Of a DNA stretch of 64,000 nt, positions 19,078 through 29,758 are shown piece after piece. Below the pieces are notes generated by a model. It did not search any database, was not told where the DNA came from, and saw only the letters and a list, made by a program, of their open reading frames with translations. Each line of letters begins with the position of its first letter. The first letter of the stretch is position 1. The stretch spans positions 1,440,001 through 1,504,000 of the forward strand of contig CBDESU010000002.1 in assembly GCA_965242695.1 (NCBI GenBank). The letters run 5' to 3'. A program made the translations under genes and the position numbers. The DNA is from Cenarchaeum sp. (lineage in GTDB: Archaea > Thermoproteota > Nitrososphaeria > Nitrososphaerales > Nitrosopumilaceae).

Positions 19078-21762
19078 TTGGCCGCGGCTGCTACCACCAC
19101 GACGCTTGTCGCGCTCATGGCCGCGGCGGCCATGGCCGGCGCACTCGCCGCGGTGATCATACTAGAGGGGGACGAGGGGCCGCCCGCCGCCGGCCCGGCG
19201 GGCGGAGACGCCACATCCGCGGGCGGCGGCGCCGGCGGCCAGGGCGCCGGAACAACGGGAACCGTAGACTTTGCGCAGCGGCCGCAGGATCCCCCGCCGT
19301 CGGAGCAGGATCCCCCGCCGCAGGATCCCACGGCGCGGGAGCCGCCGGTGCAGAAGCCGCCCGTGCGAGCTGGCGACGTGCGGGCCTCGCCGCCGCCCGG
19401 AACGGCCGCGGCCCCTCCCCCGGGCGCGCAGGCCTTTTACACGATGGCAGACCTGGCGGAGTTTGTCGACAGCGGGGCCGCCCACTCTTCCGTGGCGGTC
19501 CTTGCCGCCAGGTTTCCCGTCGGCGGGAGCGTCGTCGACATAATGACGGGCGGGCTGGCCGGGCTGGACGGGGCGCCCTTGGGCATGCGGGAGGATGCGG
19601 GCGAGTGGATGCCGATCCCGGACGGACCGGCCGCGGCGGGGCCGGACGAGGCCGGGATGCGGACGGATGCGCCGATGGCCGCCGAGGACGGAGGGGGATT
19701 TGCGGCCGCCCCGGCGGCAGAGGCCCCCTCCCCCGCCCCGGCCATGGCGCCCCCGCCCTCCCCCGCCCACTCGACGACAAACGTCCAGGTAGAGGGCGTC
19801 GACGAGCCGGACTTTGTAAAGAACGATGCGCGCCACATCTACATCCTTGACGGGGGCGAGCTGACGATAGTCGACGCCCTCCCTGCCGATACCGTCCGGG
19901 TGCTGTCCGGCGGCTCGGCCGGCGAGGTGCGCGACTCGTACCGACCAGAGGACGCCTCGATCGTGTTCCGCGGCCCCGTCGGCCCGCCGCCGGGCGAGCA
20001 CAGGTACGACAACATGTTCCTTGACGGCGACTCGCTCGTCGTGGTGTACGAGGCGCGGCAGTGGGCGTCGGTCCCGATCGACCCGGCGGACCCGTCGCGA
20101 ACGATCGCCGTCCGGCTGCCGTCGACGTACGCGATGTGGGTCGACATTAGCAGCAGGAGCGCGCCCGAGCCGGCCGGCGAGTACTCGGTCGACGGCGAGT
20201 ACCTGACGGCCAGGATGATCGACGGGACCGTATACCTGGTGACGCGGACGGCCCTGGAGCCTGGGCGGGGCCCCCCGGGACTGCCGGGCCTGCGGCATAC
20301 CGCACTCGAGGATGGCGGGCCCGGCGTGCCGTGCCGCGCCCCCTCGGAAGACCCCTCGCCGCAGGCGCCAGAGTGCAGCGCCGCCCCGCTCGTCCCGCCG
20401 GCGCTCTACCTCGCGCCCGTGGAGGAAGAGCCGGCGCTTACGACGGTCTCGGCCCTGCCCTCCCCCGCCGCCGCCGGCGGCGGCGGCCCGGTGAAGCCGG
20501 CAGCCCAGACGTACCTTCTCGGAGGCGCCGGTATAGCGTACGTCTCGCAGAATGCGGCGTACCTTGCCCTGCCGCGGATGGCGCCGGGCGCGGCCGAGGT
20601 GCTCGGCGGCCTGCGCGACACGGGGCTGCTGCGGGCGATGGCCGAGCCGATCGGGGAACGGTGGCGGCAGGAGGCGCTCGCGGCGGCCGCCGATGCGGCA
20701 GCGCCTCCGGCCGCCCGCCTAGAGGCCGTCCTGTCTGCCGTCGAGTCGGGGTACGACGGCATGGAGCCGGCAAAGCGCGCAGCGGACCTGCAGGCCCTCG
20801 AGGAGGAGGCGTGGTCGCGGTACTATGCGGCCGTGCCGGCGGACCCGAGGACTGAAGTGCACAGGATCGAGATCGGCGCGGCGCCCGGCGGCGGGCCTGC
20901 AATCTCGCACGCGGGCGCCGGAACGGTGCGCGGCGAGCCGCTCGACCAGTTCTCTATGGACGAGCACGCCGGCAGGCTGCGCATCGCGACCGAGGTGCGC
21001 GGCGGGATCGGCCCGTCCCATACGGCGGTCCACATCCTGGATGCGGCGACGATGGCAGTCGAGTCTAGCCTCGAGGGGATTGCGCCGGGCGAGTCGATGG
21101 AGTCGGCAAGGTTCGCCGGCGATACGCTGTTTTTGGTGACGTTCCTCCAGGTCGACCCGTTCTTTGTCGTCGACGTGTCGGGGGGCGTCCCGGCGATACT
21201 CGGCGAGCTAAAGGTGCCGGGGTTCTCTACGTACCTGCAGCCGTACGGCCCCGATACGGTCCTCGGCGTCGGGACGTACGTCTCCGAGGGTGTGGACGAG
21301 CCGGGCAGGGACTGGGCCGTAAAGGTCTCGCTGTACGACGTCTCGGACTATGCGAGGCCGCTGCTGGCCGACGAGGCCGTCATCGAGGGGAGCGCGTGGT
21401 CGCCGGCGCAGTCGAGCCACAGGGCCCTGCTCGCCGATGCGGGGCGGGGCGTTGTGGCGTTGCCAGTCGTGTTCGACTGGGGCGGGCCGGGCCCCCCTGG
21501 CGCGCCCGCGTTCGGCATGCAGGGCGATGCGGACGGCGGCGGCTGGACCGGATTCTACGCGTTCAGGACGGATGCGGAGGCAAAGAGCCTGGGCGCGGCG
21601 CATGCCATACGGCACGGGGCCGCCGCCGACGGGGCCCCTCCCGAGGGCAGGTCGCTGTACATTGCGGACTGGCTGTACACCATGTACGACGGCGTGCTGG
21701 CCGTAAGCCACCTGGACGATCCCGGCAGGCTCGTAAAGGCGATCGACCTGGCCGGCCGGTAG
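19078..21762 (+). CDS. secreted beta-propeller domain protein (Beta_propel / PF09826-like)
   Basis: N-terminal hydrophobic anchor; HSTTNVQVEGVDEPDFVKND, QFSMDEH, ARFAGD..LVTF.QVDPFFVVD, GELKVPGFSTYL. Confidence 0.9.
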   Translation: MAAAATTTTLVALMAAAAMAGALAAVIILEGDEGPPAAGPAGGDATSAGGGAGGQGAGTTGTVDFAQRPQDPPPSEQDPPPQDPTAREPPVQKPPVRAGDVRASPPPGTAAAPPPGAQAFYTMADLAEFVDSGAAHSSVAVLAARFPVGGSVVDIMTGGLAGLDGAPLGMREDAGEWMPIPDGPAAAGPDEAGMRTDAPMAAEDGGGFAAAPAAEAPSPAPAMAPPPSPAHSTTNVQVEGVDEPDFVKNDARHIYILDGGELTIVDALPADTVRVLSGGSAGEVRDSYRPEDASIVFRGPVGPPPGEHRYDNMFLDGDSLVVVYEARQWASVPIDPADPSRTIAVRLPSTYAMWVDISSRSAPEPAGEYSVDGEYLTARMIDGTVYLVTRTALEPGRGPPGLPGLRHTALEDGGPGVPCRAPSEDPSPQAPECSAAPLVPPALYLAPVEEEPALTTVSALPSPAAAGGGGPVKPAAQTYLLGGAGIAYVSQNAAYLALPRMAPGAAEVLGGLRDTGLLRAMAEPIGERWRQEALAAAADAAAPPAARLEAVLSAVESGYDGMEPAKRAADLQALEEEAWSRYYAAVPADPRTEVHRIEIGAAPGGGPAISHAGAGTVRGEPLDQFSMDEHAGRLRIATEVRGGIGPSHTAVHILDAATMAVESSLEGIAPGESMESARFAGDTLFLVTFLQVDPFFVVDVSGGVPAILGELKVPGFSTYLQPYGPDTVLGVGTYVSEGVDEPGRDWAVKVSLYDVSDYARPLLADEAVIEGSAWSPAQSSHRALLADAGRGVVALPVVFDWGGPGPPGAPAFGMQGDADGGGWTGFYAFRTDAEAKSLGAAHAIRHGAAADGAPPEGRSLYIADWLYTMYDGVLAVSHLDDPGRLVKAIDLAGR

Positions 21763-21780
21763 GCTGCGGGGCGATGCACG

Positions 21781-22008
21781 TTGCGCATACGGTGCCCGCG
21801 CTGCAGGGGGGCGGCCGAGCTTGCGGCCGGCTTTGCGTCGGTGCAGTGCGGGGAGTGCGGCCTGGACATGACGTACGGCGAGTACGTCCGGCACGTGGCG
21901 CACCACGACAAGACCTATTCGGACATACTCGGCGACTATGCGGGCTCGACCGAGGGCGAGACGGCCGGCACGCTCGACGAGTGGGACGAGGAGGAAGAAG
22001 ACAAGTGA
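21781..22008 (+). CDS. small zinc-ribbon protein with acidic tail
   Basis: CPRC...CGECG; 75 aa. Confidence 0.75.
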   Translation: MRIRCPRCRGAAELAAGFASVQCGECGLDMTYGEYVRHVAHHDKTYSDILGDYAGSTEGETAGTLDEWDEEEEDK

Positions 22009-22050
22009 GGAGGGCGGCCCGGCGGCCGCGCCGACGCGGCGCGCACGGCG

Positions 22051-22140
22051 GCCGCCTGCGGGCCCGCCATGGCCGCGGCGGCCGCCTGCGGGCCCGCCAT
22101 GGCCGCGGCGGCCGCCTGCGGGCCCGCCATGGCCGCGGTG
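22051..22140. repeat. 3 x 30-bp intergenic tandem repeat
   Basis: GCCGCCTGCGGGCCCGCCATGGCCGCGG(C/T)G three times, between convergent genes. Confidence 0.9.
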
Positions 22141-22301
22141 GGCCTGCATGTCGCACGCGCGGCGGCCGCCGCCTCGCAGCGCCCGCGTACGTGGACGAGC
22201 GAAGGCGGGTGGCCGGCATGCCACGCCTTCGATCTCCGCCGCGTCCAGGCGGCGCCTCCGCAGCCCGACGCCCATGTCGAATGCCGCAAGGCCCGCGCAG
22301 G

Positions 22302-23420
22302 TCACTCGAACAGAATCCTGCGCGCCAGGCGAAGCCTTTCCCTGACGGAGCCGGCCTCTGCGCTAGCGGCCCCCGCATGCCTGCCAAACTCGGGGTCGGC
22401 GCGCAGCGCCTCGAAGCGCCCGGCGATGTCGCCCGGGCGGGCCGCCTCCCCATTCGTAGCAAACGCCACGAGTACCGAGTCGAGCAGCGGCACCCGCAAC
22501 CGGCCGTCTTGGCCGGTGAATGGCGCCGGCCCCAGCCCCTCGGCCACTGCGCGGCAGGCTGCCGCAAAGCGCCGCCGCTCGGCGTCCAGGTACTCTTCGC
22601 CCGGGTCCCTGTGCGCCCCCATGAAGGCCGAGAGGAACGCCTTCATGGGATGCCCGTACCGATCGCCCTCGTGGAACAGGGCCATGCAGCGCAGCACGAG
22701 CTCCCTGTCCCTCATCAGCGGATCGGGGCCGGGCATGCCGAGCACGTCCCGCCACTCTTCCAGGCCGTTGAGCTCGCCGAGCAGGTCCGAGAGGGGCCCG
22801 TGGTACGCGCAGGCGCGGACCTCCTGCGCGGCGAGCGGCGCGCCCCCCGCGTTGAGGCGCTCGACGACCTCGTACATGCCGGGCCAGTCCGCCGGGTCGT
22901 TGTGGATGATCGTCACTACCCGGAGGGACGCGTCCCTGAGCCTCCTGCCGTCCTCGGCGTCCAGCTCGTCAAACGTCCTGCCGGACAGGGCGCTGCCCTC
23001 GTTGACACCGGATATGCGGAACTCGCGGCCGGCGTGCGGCGTGTTCCCGGGAAACCTTCCCTCAAGGTACGAGAATACCGTCAAGAGGCGCTGCATGCCG
23101 TCGACGACGACGTATGTCCGCTCGTCGGTCGTCGACAGGTATACGGGAGGGACTGGGATCCCGGTCATGAACGAGTCGATCAGCTTTGACGCCCGTGGCA
23201 ATTCCCATGCGTACCCCCGCTCGAGGTTCGGCGCGACGATCTCCCCCCTGCGCCACTTGGCGTGGAGCGTCTCTAGGGCAAAGTCCGTGGGGACGACAAG
23301 CATGTCGTATGCAAGCGGAGTCGGCCCGTCGTCGTCCGCATCGTCGTGCTCTAGGGACAGGGCGGAGGTGGCGGCCTGGACTGCGCGCCGCGCCGGCAGG
23401 TCTGTCCCGATCTGCGCCAT
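22302..23420 (-). CDS. DUF262 (ParB-like, GmrSD N-terminal) domain protein
   Basis: PNLERGYAW, SKLIDSFMTGIPVPPVY, VVDGMQRLLT, ERLNAGGAPL..QEVR. Confidence 0.88.
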   Translation of the reverse strand: MAQIGTDLPARRAVQAATSALSLEHDDADDDGPTPLAYDMLVVPTDFALETLHAKWRRGEIVAPNLERGYAWELPRASKLIDSFMTGIPVPPVYLSTTDERTYVVVDGMQRLLTVFSYLEGRFPGNTPHAGREFRISGVNEGSALSGRTFDELDAEDGRRLRDASLRVVTIIHNDPADWPGMYEVVERLNAGGAPLAAQEVRACAYHGPLSDLLGELNGLEEWRDVLGMPGPDPLMRDRELVLRCMALFHEGDRYGHPMKAFLSAFMGAHRDPGEEYLDAERRRFAAACRAVAEGLGPAPFTGQDGRLRVPLLDSVLVAFATNGEAARPGDIAGRFEALRADPEFGRHAGAASAEAGSVRERLRLARRILFE

Positions 23421-23679
23421 GGGGCCGGGCGCAGGGGGTCGCATAAAAGTCACGGCGCTTCGCCGCGCGGCCTGCCGTCCAAAAGGGATCCCCGCGCGGG
23501 AGGCCACCAAGGGGCAGAGGTTGGACGATCGCGCCTGGCCACCCCGGCGCCCGGGCAGTGCGGGCGCCCCCACCCACTCCTGACGAGTGCCGCTGCGAGT
23601 GCGGGATGGTGGCGGCTGGCAAATCCTCCGCAATAATCCGCGTGGGGGCGGCGCCAAGAATGCAGGCGGCGCCAAGATC

Positions 23680-24740
23680 AACTGGTCAATAAACTGCCTA
23701 GCCTGCGCGATCGTGGCCGGCTTGGTGCCCGACGGCGAGTGGTACACGGGGCGCGACGGGATCCCTAGCCGGGGCGGCGCGGCTAGCGGCAGCGCCCCGG
23801 CGCCGCGGCCCTGCGCCGCAGCGGCGGTTCAGATGCAAGTGCGCAGGGGCTACAGGATGCCCAGCGGCAGGAAGAGGGCGAAGTGCAAGTGCGACCGTCC
23901 AACAGTGCAGGTGTGCGTGCTGCGAGCCCGTTCACCTGCCCCTGCCGGGCCCCCCTCACATAGAGGGGTGCCCCGCGCCGGCGACGGCGCCGCCGCACTC
24001 CATAACGCCGGAAGAGTCCCACAGGGCGATCAAGGCGGAGGCGGGGAAGGATTGCTCCAAGATCCTGCTGTACGCCATAATGGCGGCTCTCTACATGTCG
24101 CCAAAGAGTGTCACGACGAGCCACGCCAACTGCGCCAGGAGGCGGGACGTTCGACGGTGGCAGCGCAGGATGGAAAAGAGGATGGCGGGCTGAGTGCGAG
24201 GGGATACGCGGTTGTGGTCGTGGACAAATAGCACCTTGTCTACGGCACGCGCTCGGGAATAAAGTACTGGCCTCCCGTCGGCGAACGCGTGCGCCAGGTG
24301 ACTACCGACTCCCACAAGAGGGCTCCCGTATTCGGCCTCTTGCCGATGGCGGGAGAAGCATGTTCCGCATGTACGCCAAGGTCGACTCGTACGCGTTTAT
24401 CGCGTTCTTGAAGGGTCTGTCCATCAGGTTTGGCAAGGCGGCGGTTATTACCAGCCGCTATTCGGCCCACAACTTCCACGTGGTCAAAGAATTCATCAAA
24501 AAGAACAGGGCGGAACACCTGGACAGGTATATTAAAATGGTCCGGTTTCTCGTGGGATGCACATTCCTCGATGCGGTTGAAAAGTGATGGAGCTTGCTCA
24601 AGAAGACGGCTGTCGCAGGCAAGCGCCACGCATCGTTTGACGACCTGTGCAAAGCGACAAAAAGATTTTTGAAGGCAACGCGGTTCGCCTACCCCGTTGA
24701 GCAATCACTGTACGCCGACCCGCCACCCGACATGATCAGG
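23680..24740 (+). pseudogene. IS630-family transposase remnant
   Basis: Fragments FIAFLKGL...AVITSRYSAH...IKMVRFLVGCTFLDAVEK*WSLLK resemble the DDE_3 motif L..LP.YSPELNPIE..W..LK; many frameshifts; ends not defined. Confidence 0.6.
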
Positions 24741-24904
24741 GCCAATTGCCGTGGCGCGACGGCCTTGGATCACAATATTCGCATCCTATGCCGTCAATGG
24801 ATCACGGTCTGTCTGTACACGCCTTTGCCGGACTTGTTATGGCCCTTGCCGCCTGCGGGGGCATGCATGGGGGGAGGGTCCACCCGAAGGATGACCGGCC
24901 CGAT

Positions 24905-25435
24905 CTACCGGGACGGCCTTTCCCCCAGGATGTCCTGCTTGCCCATCACATAGTCCTGGGCCCTGGTCAGTAGCCCGACCTGAAGTTCCGGCTCGTCCCG
25001 AAACTCGTAGCGCTGGATTTTGGCATCGTCTAGGTCGCACAGCGACAGGTCGGGAACCGAGCTGGCCCCGCCGGCCGCCTGATCAAACACCACGCAGTCA
25101 GCCGCCTTTCGCCTCATCGATGCATCGGCCACGTGTGCAAGCTCCCTGACCAGTCCGAGCCGCTTGCCGGCCCTGGTGAATATGAGAAAGTTCACGTCGG
25201 AATTTTCCAAGTACCTCTTGCTGGCCTCCAGCGCGGTGATGCCGTCGTCCGGGCCGTCCTTGACAAGGCATGCCAAGGCGTAGCCTTCGGCCCTGAGATA
25301 GTCCCGCTGGCGCTCCAAGAAGCTCATTTCGGAGGGTGGATGGTAGGAACCGTACAGTGTGATGCTCATGCGCTCGCGGAGCCCGCGCGCGCGATCCCAC
25401 CTGCGCCAGGGCCGCCCGGTGTGCGGATCGCTCAC
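24905..25435 (-). CDS. NDT/TIR-like (flavodoxin-like fold) protein, copy 1
   Basis: ITLYGSY...SDVNFLIFT..G...GLVRELA; clear paralog of 58542-59069. The fold call is inference. Confidence 0.6.
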   Translation of the reverse strand: MSDPHTGRPWRRWDRARGLRERMSITLYGSYHPPSEMSFLERQRDYLRAEGYALACLVKDGPDDGITALEASKRYLENSDVNFLIFTRAGKRLGLVRELAHVADASMRRKAADCVVFDQAAGGASSVPDLSLCDLDDAKIQRYEFRDEPELQVGLLTRAQDYVMGKQDILGERPSR

Positions 25436-25499
25436 GCGGCTGTGGGCGCGGCGGAAGGCATATAACGTATAGGTTGGGCGGCCAATACCAGAGTACGCA

Positions 25500-26078
25500 A
25501 TGGCCAATCCCGACCTGATAGAGCTTGCAGACAAGATCCCGGCGCTGGTGAAGGCCGGCATAAGAGGGCTGGCGGACGACGAGAGGCTGGGCCTGGCGAT
25601 AGCGCTCGTCGAGGGCGGGAAGATGACATTCTCAGAGATAAAGGCAAAGTACGGCCTCAACCCCAGCACGCTGAGTAGCCACCTGAGCGCGTTGCAGAGT
25701 GGAAACCTTGTGCGCAACTACTATGAAAGGGGCATAGGAAGGGCATACTCGTACTACGAGGCGACCGAGCTGCCAGAGGCGGTCATAGGCGCGTTGCTCA
25801 CGTCCGTGTACGGATCCAAGACCGGCGAAGAGAGGCCCCCGTACCCCGACGGCTGCTACCCGTGGACGCTTCGGGGCGGGGGGGAGGACAGCCCTGGCCT
25901 CCAGTCACGGGCTGCCGCCGAGCCGCGGACCCGAGTCCTCGTGCAAACCGCGATGCGCCCGCCCTCGATTGCCATCCCTGACAACGACACGGGCGGCGGG
26001 GCGCAATCCGATAACCGCGTGTACGGCGCCTGGAGCAGGATGGCGGGCGAAGGCCACTCCGCCGCACGAGGTGTGTAA
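25500..26078 (+). CDS. ArsR-like winged-helix transcription regulator, copy 1
   Basis: GLADDERLGLAIAL...MTFSEIKAKYGLNPSTLSSHLSALQSGNLVRNY; divergent TATA-rich spacer at ~25459-25472. Confidence 0.85.
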   Translation: MANPDLIELADKIPALVKAGIRGLADDERLGLAIALVEGGKMTFSEIKAKYGLNPSTLSSHLSALQSGNLVRNYYERGIGRAYSYYEATELPEAVIGALLTSVYGSKTGEERPPYPDGCYPWTLRGGGEDSPGLQSRAAAEPRTRVLVQTAMRPPSIAIPDNDTGGGAQSDNRVYGAWSRMAGEGHSAARGV

Positions 26079-26763
26079 GTTGGATCGCGCGGAGCTTGAG
26101 GGGAGCATCCAGGCCCAGGCCACAACCCTCATCATAAAGCTCGACATGTTGCAGTGGCCGTTTGATGTCGGCACGGCGTCAAGGATCCTACACGATACGG
26201 GGTATGCGGTCGAGCAACCACAGGGATCGGTCAGCGCAACCAAGCCGGACGGCCAGTTTTTCATGGACCGACCTGGGCAGACGATCAGGTTCGACGGGAT
26301 TTCACTGAACTCACTGGTCGCCGCCAAGGACAATTTTGAGTCCCAATTAGAGCGCAGTACCGGCGTCGTCCTGGGCGACTTGGCGTCGTACTACCAATAC
26401 GAGTACATACTAATATACTTGGCCAAAAGAAACCTGCATGATGCACTGGACGGTGTGTACGACGGCTCGAAGCACATGGAGTGCATACGCGAGATAGTGG
26501 GAAGGGATGTCCGGCCGTTTCTGGTTGACGTTTCAAGCCGCGGCACACACGACAGCAAGGCCTGGTTCAGGGTGAGGATAGAGCCAAAGGTGGAGGGAAC
26601 CGACAGGACGTACTTTTGCAGCATGGTATGCCGAGATGCATCTATCGACAAGATGATCGGTTACGCAAAGGGATCGGACGGAGTCCTCAGGGGACTCTTG
26701 CGCATGCTGGAGAGCGACGAGGGCGGGGACGCCGCGGCGCAGGATCGGGCGGAGACGCCCTGA
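26071..26763 (+). CDS. hypothetical protein (alpha/beta), coupled to the wHTH gene
   Basis: GTG start overlapping the wHTH stop; ~230 aa with normal composition and lower GC. Confidence 0.7.
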   Translation: MCKLDRAELEGSIQAQATTLIIKLDMLQWPFDVGTASRILHDTGYAVEQPQGSVSATKPDGQFFMDRPGQTIRFDGISLNSLVAAKDNFESQLERSTGVVLGDLASYYQYEYILIYLAKRNLHDALDGVYDGSKHMECIREIVGRDVRPFLVDVSSRGTHDSKAWFRVRIEPKVEGTDRTYFCSMVCRDASIDKMIGYAKGSDGVLRGLLRMLESDEGGDAAAQDRAETP

Positions 26764-27073
26764 CCGGCGCATGGCCATGTGCGCCTTGGACCGACGGCGG
26801 CGGTGCCTCCGGCATTTGGCTGCGACGTTGATTAACATTCCGACTTCGCATCAAAAACCACGCTTGGATGCGATGGGGGGACGGCGTGTTGGTGGCCCCC
26901 AGGCCAAGCCGCATGCGTCCGGCGCCCTTGAAAACCGAGCGGCGCCGTTGTAGCCGCGCGGCGCGCAGCCTGGCGAAGTGCCCCCGCCTTCTCCGTTTGT
27001 CCTACTTGCTTGGACTGCGTTTGCCTGGTTTTTTGCCAAGACCGTCGCACGTGAAGGCGTGCCCCCGTATGGC

Positions 27074-27319
27074 CTAGCCGCCCAACATCTCATCAAGGTG
27101 GCGTATGTGCTCGTCCAGCGTATAACGCCTCATTTTCACCCTGCCCGCCTCGATGTCCATGATGCGCTTCTCGACTCGTTCGTTCAGGAGGTCGCCCTCG
27201 GCCCCAGAGTCGCCGTCCATTTGGGCGCCCGCATCGCCCGCCTTTGCGGGCACACCGACACCCTCGGCCGTCGCAAGACTTGCGCCGTCGACCGCCCCTG
27301 CCTTTGCCTGTGATGCCAT
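27074..27319 (-). CDS. orphan antitoxin-like small protein
   Basis: C-terminus RIMDIEAGRVKMRRYTLDEHIRHLDEMLGG resembles the tail of 6291-6890. Confidence 0.5.
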   Translation of the reverse strand: MASQAKAGAVDGASLATAEGVGVPAKAGDAGAQMDGDSGAEGDLLNERVEKRIMDIEAGRVKMRRYTLDEHIRHLDEMLGG

Positions 27320-27524
27320 GCTATTGCCACGCTTGGTGCCTATGGGCTAGGCGCCAACCGCGAACACGGCTTTTCCTCGTGGTACACGGGGCGGCCGAGC
27401 GCACGTATGCATATCTATCTTGCGCCCCACTTGGCCGCGTTGGATGTATGCATTCAGGTCGCCGCCACCTCCTGCGCAGCGCACGGAAGTCTCTGCCATG
27501 CCCTGCAGGGGCTCGACTCCGCCG

Positions 27525-28223
27525 TCATGGGCGCCTGCGGCTCCTGGCTTCCCTGACCATGTCGTTGGACGACAGGCCGGGAACGGCGTACTTGGACAGC
27601 ATGCCCACGATGCTCTTGGCCTTTGGCGGGAATATGTGGTCGACGCCCCTTTTCTTGAGGCGCTGCCGTAGCGCCCACTCGCTTCTCATGAGGCACTTCC
27701 TGCACGTCTCCGTGGGACTCTTCGACTCTATCAGCTCCGGAGGCGTGTCGGGGTCGACCGGCTCGCTGTAGGGCTCTTCGATCTCCAATTCTGATACCTC
27801 CTTGCATATGCCGGCCACCGTTGCCCGCACCTCCTCGAGGCCGTCCATGGGATCGGCATCCCTGCCGTCCCTGTACGCCCTGCCGACCCTGCGCAGGTAC
27901 GCGAAAATGTCGCCCAGGGCATGCATCGCATCACCGTATACTCCGCCCGTCGTCGGCATGTCGGCAATCTTGGACATGTCCCCGTACACCTCTTCAAGGG
28001 TGCGCGCCAGGCGCACGCCCTTGTCCCAGCGCGCGCCTGCCGAGTACGCGCCGATCAGCCCGGCTATGTGGATGCACCTGTCGGTGCGGGCCATGGCCGT
28101 CGGATCGATCAGCGAGATGAACAGCCGCTTGATCTCGGCATCGGGCATTATGCACGGGGCCGCCTTTGCGGCCTCTGCCGCTTCGCCCGTGCGATCGCGC
28201 TACGCCTCCTCGGCCGCCTGCAT
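27525..28223 (-). pseudogene. ~231-aa PIN-partner protein, copy A (early TAG; open from ATG 28148)
   Basis: Paralog of 31826-32521; the CAG codon is TAG at 28200-28202; no PIN gene follows. Confidence 0.75.
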
Positions 28224-28706
28224 GCCAGCGCTGGGGCGGGGCGCTATATGACGCTAGGGGACGCATCTGGCATTCTGCGCGCGGAGCCGCGCCATGCGGC
28301 GGGACCTCGTGCCAGACGAGTCCTGCCGCAAAGCTCTCACCTGCCGTGATCCGCGCGGCGCCGGGGCAGAAAAAACCCCGACTCGGGACGGGTCGGCAGG
28401 GACGATGGCAGGGCGTCGTCGGGCCGGGCCGACGCGGCGTCCGCCGGAAGGCCGCCCCGCGCCGGGCATGCGGCAGGGCGCGGAGGTGCAGCTGCAACCC
28501 GCCTCTCTGCACGGCTTGGGGCCGCAGGACGGCATGCGCCCCCTCCGAGCGGGCCTAGGGCACTGCGGGGCCTGCAAAGTCGGCTGCGCGACACCCTTTC
28601 CCCCTTCTTCGGCAGCCTGCCCGCCCCGGCGGCCGCACGGGCAGGGGCGCCTGAACGCGGCCTCCCGCAGGATACAGTTAAATAGGCGGCGCCGCGGCCG
28701 CGGCCG

Positions 28707-29147
28707 ATGTACCAGGAAGAGACGGTCTACAACGTGAGGCTGGCGCCGAACAGCCCGGAGGAAGAGGCCTTTTGGAAGTCGATGACGCTCAAGGACAAGG
28801 CCCCGTACAGGGGCGAGTGGATCGCCATACACGAGAGCAGGATCGTCGCGCACGGGCCCGGCCTGGACGCGGTGAACAAGGCGGGGCGCCGGGCCGCCGG
28901 CAGGTGGCCCATGATCCGCTTCGTGTCGTTCGACAGGGGCCTCCCAGAGATGGAGTTTTACGAGGAGCTGATGCCGTGCGACCTGGATCCGTACAGGGGC
29001 GGGTGGATAGCCATATGCGGGCGCAAGATCGTCGCGCACGGCAAGGACGGGCGGGAGGTGCTCAAGGCGGCGCTCAAGGCGACGTCGGGCAAGGAGCCGT
29101 TCATGTACTGCATTGGCGAGCCTGGCATATACTCGGTGATGGCCTGA
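28707..29147 (+). CDS. tandem DUF5678-like domain protein
   Basis: Two YRG[EG]WIAI....IVAHG units; TTAAATA box at ~28678. Confidence 0.8.
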   Translation: MYQEETVYNVRLAPNSPEEEAFWKSMTLKDKAPYRGEWIAIHESRIVAHGPGLDAVNKAGRRAAGRWPMIRFVSFDRGLPEMEFYEELMPCDLDPYRGGWIAICGRKIVAHGKDGREVLKAALKATSGKEPFMYCIGEPGIYSVMA

Positions 29148-29149
29148 CA

Positions 29150-29758
29150 ATGGCGCAAGAGGGCAAGCCGTGGGATCGAATGGCGTTCTGTTACGCCAGG
29201 GACGCCGAAGTGGACAGCAAGGGCGTACTGCGCACGGTAATGCGGCCGAGGATTCCGATCAGAATCACCAACGTCCACTCTGCAAGGAGGGGCGGATCCG
29301 ACCGCGGCTACGGGGCCGTCGCCCTGGCGGACTCGGGCGCCGACGCCACGTTTATCACCAGAGAGGCGGCAGACTTGATCGGCATAGATCTTGATGCGGT
29401 TGACAAAACGGAATTGGCGACGCCGTTCGGAAGGTTCAAGGTGTACCGTACGCTTGTATGCATCGCGGTCCTGTACAGGGGGCGAAGGGTCGGCCTGGGA
29501 AAAGTCCCCGCTTCTATTCCCGAAAAGGACATTGTCCAGCTGGGGAATCGCCCGTACGTCGTCATGGGGCGGTCGAATGTCTTTAATCAGTACTCGGTAA
29601 AGTTTGACGACTATAGACAGATACTGACCATGGAAAGGATCGCTCGCGGACAGGCCCCGCCTGCGGGCGCGGACGCGGCGCAGGCCGTCGGCGCCCTGGC
29701 GGGGAGGGGCGGCGCTCTGCCGCGCGGGGAGCGGCCGGCACGGCGCGCCGCTGCCTAG
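29150..29758 (+). CDS. retropepsin-like aspartyl protease
   Basis: RPRIPIRI, ALADSGADATFI, C-terminal VMGRSNVF..YSVKFD. Confidence 0.85.
   Translation: MAQEGKPWDRMAFCYARDAEVDSKGVLRTVMRPRIPIRITNVHSARRGGSDRGYGAVALADSGADATFITREAADLIGIDLDAVDKTELATPFGRFKVYRTLVCIAVLYRGRRVGLGKVPASIPEKDIVQLGNRPYVVMGRSNVFNQYSVKFDDYRQILTMERIARGQAPPAGADAAQAVGALAGRGGALPRGERPARRAAA

Noticed and set aside
22051-22140. Possible CRISPR array (also considered 14300-14371, 17418-17552, ~50357-50411 and ~63445-63525)
   Set aside because: Head-to-tail tandem repeats with no unique spacers, and no cas genes.
28200-28202. In-frame TAG as possible pyrrolysine or readthrough codon
   Set aside because: Paralogs have CAG at this position, so a single C-to-T nonsense change explains it; no pyl genes seen.
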